A DNA stretch of 61,801 nt from a virus (Duplodnaviria; Caudoviricetes), in IMG/VR virus record IMGVR_UViG_3300001336_000004, positions 1-61,801 of that record. One strand, given 5' to 3'. The first letter of the stretch is position 1. Every line of letters begins with the position of its first letter. The position numbers were made by a program, and so were the translations under genes. The notes beneath the pieces are model-generated. The model was not told the DNA's origin, searched no databases, and saw only the letters and a program-made list of their open reading frames with translations. Shown here piece after piece: positions 58,721-61,801 of the stretch.

Positions 58721-60123
58721 TGGCGTTTTTCCTTGTGCTTGTTTCCACGGCCTGCGCACAGAATTCGATTCTGTACGACATCGACATGCGTGGAAATAAG
58801 ATCGTGAATCTCGATGAGGGGACTTCACCGACCGACGCGGTTAACAAGGGGCAGTTGGACGCGGCAACAAGTCCTTCTGTTTTTGGGGTTTTTGTTCCTG
58901 TTGCGGGGGCAAACGTCACCACGTCAGACACCGTTTTCTCGACGGGAACAGAGCGGACAATCAATTCGGCGAGCGTCGCGTCAACCACACCGACACTCCA
59001 ACAGGTGACGGACCAAGGGAACAGCACAACCGGGTCAATAAGCGCAAATGAGATATTCATCACAGAAGGCATTGAAGCAAATTCTGTTAATACAAACGAA
59101 GCAGAGTTCACTACACTTACTTTTTCCGAGGGCGGCACTGTTGATGCTGTTGTCACCTCTGTGGACAGTAACAGTCTCGATACTGAACTCCCGACCGCCA
59201 AAGCGGTGTATGATGCATTGCCTCCCACACCAGGACTGTCAAGCGTGACGGCGTATGATGCAAGCACAACCGAAAACCTCACTTTTGGCGGGACTGTGCT
59301 ATTTAACGTTTTTTCTGGCGGCGGAACAATCACTGTTGGCGTGGGTAGTGCGCCACAGGGCGGCTTTGTTTTCGATCTCGATCAAGGTGGGCTTGATATT
59401 AGGAGTGATGAGTTGCCTATCAATGCAGACGATTGTGAATTAACAGTCGCCACCATCGACACAGGGCAGGGCGCTACCGAAGTCTACGCGATGAATCAGG
59501 ACGTCGAATCAACAGACGACGTGACATTCGCGACGGTCGACACAGGGCAGGGCGCGAACGAGCTCTATGCGATGGACCAAGACCTCGAATCAACAGACGA
59601 CGTGACATTCGCTGATCTGACTGCTGATAGTGTAATCAGCGAAGACACAACTTGGATTTATCAAGCGGGTCGCGATTATAAGGACTGGGGTATTTTTTCA
59701 GGAACAATTACTGAAAATACTCCGTATGCTTGGACAGGCACCAGCGGAAGTTGGTCAACAGGCCCGACCAATGACGGAGCAGTCCACTCTCTATTAGTGG
59801 GATACATCATTCCTCCGATGATCCCTGGTACTGTTATTTCTAGAATTGAACTTAATACAACACTTGATAGTCAGACATCCTTTAATAGAGCGTCTTTATA
59901 CAAGTATACAAAGGCAGGAATAGCAACAACAATCTGGGAGCAAATGCACCCGCCATACATTCCTTCAGGGGACAACTCTCTGGTATACGATATAACAGAC
60001 ACCACAATCGAAGAAGGGTATACATATTTAATTGGATTTCGTTTACAACACTATGCCGTCACCACAAACTCGGATATAGTAATCAGAAGCGTGGGATATG
60101 AAACAAATAAAAGGATCTATTAA
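58699..60123 (+). CDS. Tail fibre / receptor-binding-like protein with a signal peptide
   Basis: GGAGG RBS; MAKFLQVMAFFLVLVSTACA-Q; trimeric-fibre motifs KIVNL..GT.PTDAVNKGQLD, TLQQVTDQGN and LPTAKAVYD. Confidence 0.7.
   Translation: MAKFLQVMAFFLVLVSTACAQNSILYDIDMRGNKIVNLDEGTSPTDAVNKGQLDAATSPSVFGVFVPVAGANVTTSDTVFSTGTERTINSASVASTTPTLQQVTDQGNSTTGSISANEIFITEGIEANSVNTNEAEFTTLTFSEGGTVDAVVTSVDSNSLDTELPTAKAVYDALPPTPGLSSVTAYDASTTENLTFGGTVLFNVFSGGGTITVGVGSAPQGGFVFDLDQGGLDIRSDELPINADDCELTVATIDTGQGATEVYAMNQDVESTDDVTFATVDTGQGANELYAMDQDLESTDDVTFADLTADSVISEDTTWIYQAGRDYKDWGIFSGTITENTPYAWTGTSGSWSTGPTNDGAVHSLLVGYIIPPMIPGTVISRIELNTTLDSQTSFNRASLYKYTKAGIATTIWEQMHPPYIPSGDNSLVYDITDTTIEEGYTYLIGFRLQHYAVTTNSDIVIRSVGYETNKRIY
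59449..59613 (+). repeat. 81-bp tandem duplication encoding a 27-aa fibre repeat
   Basis: ATIDTGQGATEVYAMNQDVESTDDVTF / ATVDTGQGANELYAMDQDLESTDDVTF. Confidence 0.85.
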
Positions 60124-60135
60124 AGGAGAGAAACA

Positions 60136-60600
60136 ATGAGGTCACTCATCGCAGGAATTATTGTATCGCTAAATTGCGTGTCTTTTTCTCAGACAACCGA
60201 AACCGTTCAAACGGTACCGCATTTGAATCTTGTGACTTCGGGCGTGTACATAATCCAACCTGAATTTTTTCAACAGCCACAAAACAGACCTTTACGCCCG
60301 TCAGTGGTGATTAAAGCAAGCACACACACTCTTATAAATGAGTACCGCTGGGCGGATGGGTATACTACAACAAGCTATGTTCCAATTGTTATTCTTAATT
60401 TTGATTCGGCTCAAGGAACATCAGACACTTTGTTAGCAACCCGCCAATCTCAAGATATGATTTCAGCAGGTATATCTAAAGAGCAGATTATTTTTTATGA
60501 AAATCGTCGTTTGCAAAATCAGGCATTTGATGCCGGTATCAGTGGCCTTGAACGCATGGCCTCCCATGTTGTTGACGTGTGGTTGAAACAAGTTCGATGA
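60136..60600 (+). CDS. Secreted hypothetical protein (AT-rich cassette)
   Basis: AAGGAG RBS; MRSLIAGIIVSLNCVSFS-Q. Confidence 0.6.
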   Translation: MRSLIAGIIVSLNCVSFSQTTETVQTVPHLNLVTSGVYIIQPEFFQQPQNRPLRPSVVIKASTHTLINEYRWADGYTTTSYVPIVILNFDSAQGTSDTLLATRQSQDMISAGISKEQIIFYENRRLQNQAFDAGISGLERMASHVVDVWLKQVR

Positions 60601-60618
60601 AAGGATAAATCGTATTAA

Positions 60619-60654
60619 GTCAACTAACCAACTACCCTAAAGGGTAGTGGCTTG
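60619..60654 (+). mobile_element. Solo IS200/IS605-type end palindrome remnant
   Basis: GTCAACTA..ACTACC-CTAAAG-GGTAGT-GGCTTG fits the GTCAAC..CTAAAG-hairpin..GCTTG end pattern of IS200/IS605 (IscB/TnpB) elements; no transposase nearby. Confidence 0.5.
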
Positions 60655-60780
60655 GAATCCGAAAACAGTCAACTGCGGCAGGCGCTTAATGCGGCACGGA
60701 CGGCGCGGAGTTTCGAGCAATGGCAGCAAACGTTGAAGTCGGGCGGTCGATAAACACGGAAAATGCCGGAGGGATGATAC

Positions 60781-61041
60781 ATGGAAGAACTTCACTGCAT
60801 TTCTGATTCAGATTTTGAGAGATTGGGCAGACGTTGGGAGGCATTCCTTTTTCGGAGGATTCTGCGCCGAACGCTGTTTTACGTCCCGGCGCTGTTGTTA
60901 TCTCAGTCCTTCGTTGCGCAAACGCTCGGGGTTCAGGAACTCCTATCGACATTTTTGTTTGCAATTATTTTGGTGTCCGGCGAGGCTATGTTCGGCCTCG
61001 ATGACCTGAAGAAATTCTGTGGCAAAGTAGACGGCGAATGA
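60781..61041 (+). CDS. Small two-TM membrane protein (holin-like)
   Basis: GGAGG RBS; two hydrophobic segments. Confidence 0.45.
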   Translation: MEELHCISDSDFERLGRRWEAFLFRRILRRTLFYVPALLLSQSFVAQTLGVQELLSTFLFAIILVSGEAMFGLDDLKKFCGKVDGE

Positions 61042-61409
61042 TGGGTGAATTTTTTCATGGAGTAGGCGAATGGGCGCCGCAGGCTGGCGTTTCGCTTATG
61101 ATCCTGCTTGTGCTCCTTGCGATGATATACAGGGCCGGTGTGTATATTGGCCCCGAAGTCATTGATTTGCTCAAGGCGCACAAAAAATTCCTGAATAAGG
61201 TGGCGGACTCCGTGGAGGTTCACGCCGAAAAACTTGAAGAACACAAAAGGCTGACGGCGAACCTGAATACCGTGTTGACTATTGCGGCGAACGATATTTC
61301 CGAAGTGGCCCGCGTTCTGCGCGAACGGGAGTGCCCCTTCCACCGCGAGACGGACATTGAGCGCATCAAGGACGCACTGAGGGAGATACGGAAAGATGAA
61401 AAAGGTTGA
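61038..61409 (+). CDS. TM plus coiled-coil protein (holin-like)
   Basis: N-terminal hydrophobic helix and a charged coiled-coil tail. Confidence 0.55.
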   Translation: MMGEFFHGVGEWAPQAGVSLMILLVLLAMIYRAGVYIGPEVIDLLKAHKKFLNKVADSVEVHAEKLEEHKRLTANLNTVLTIAANDISEVARVLRERECPFHRETDIERIKDALREIRKDEKG

Positions 61410-61704
61410 AATAATTATTGCGATCATCCTCACCCCGTTCTTGTGCCTTGCGCAGATCGACGAGGGCGATCCCCCTGATGACTTCACAAGCCTGATCTTC
61501 CAGGACGACACCCCCGAACAGTTTGCGGGGGAATATAATTATGATGCCCGGGACTCACGCAATATGGACGTGAGGTGGGTCCGGGATGTTCGCGGGCTTC
61601 GTGCGCCGGACGGCGGGCGCATGGGAATATGGGGCAACGTCCGGGCGTTTGGGCAGTGGACTATCGGGAACGCCGGGTTGCCCGAAGACTCGAACACCTT
61701 CATT
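61396..61704 (+). CDS. Tail fibre-like protein, 5' part (continues at position 1)
   Basis: ATG at 61396, MKKVEIIIAIILTPFLCLA-QIDEG; the frame stays open through the terminal repeat into 1-1206. Confidence 0.7.
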
Positions 61705-61801
61705 CTGACTGCGCATGATCCCGACATCTCATTCAATCCGGTTGACGGACAAGGCGGGGCGTTCATGGCCGTCGCGGGCATTGAAGACAAGTCGGCGCAG
61801 C
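61705..61801. repeat. Terminal direct repeat, copy 2
   Basis: Identical to 1-97. Confidence 0.95.

Noticed and set aside
59449-59613. Diversity-generating retroelement TR/VR pair
   Set aside because: The copies are adjacent in-frame protein repeats, differences are not confined to adenines, and no reverse transcriptase was found.

Overview
This window looks like the complete genome of a tailed dsDNA phage, about 61.7 kb and probably podovirus-like. Bases 1-97 repeat exactly at 61705-61801, so the contig circularises and one tail gene runs across the junction. The morphogenesis block (+ strand) covers terminase, portal, scaffold, major capsid, tail adaptor/nozzle and tail-fibre-like genes (42.5-61.7 kb). 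It continues across the junction through putative ejection proteins to a 4294-aa polyvalent DarB-like protein with MTase, strawberry-notch helicase and zincin motifs. A leftward operon (18.4-25 kb) encodes a tyrosine recombinase, HTH/RHH regulators and a complete four-gene ubiquitin-like conjugation module (Ubl, E2-like, JAB, E1/ThiF). A divergent control region (25-27 kb) has low-complexity repeats and a captured 5' fragment of a host lptF gene. A rightward replication/recombination block (27-42.4 kb) follows. The most notable observations are the phage-borne ubiquitin-like system, a tail module in which most proteins carry Sec-type signal peptides (often with Gln at +1), and the lptF fragment. 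All calls come from motifs and context read by eye; no database searches were run.
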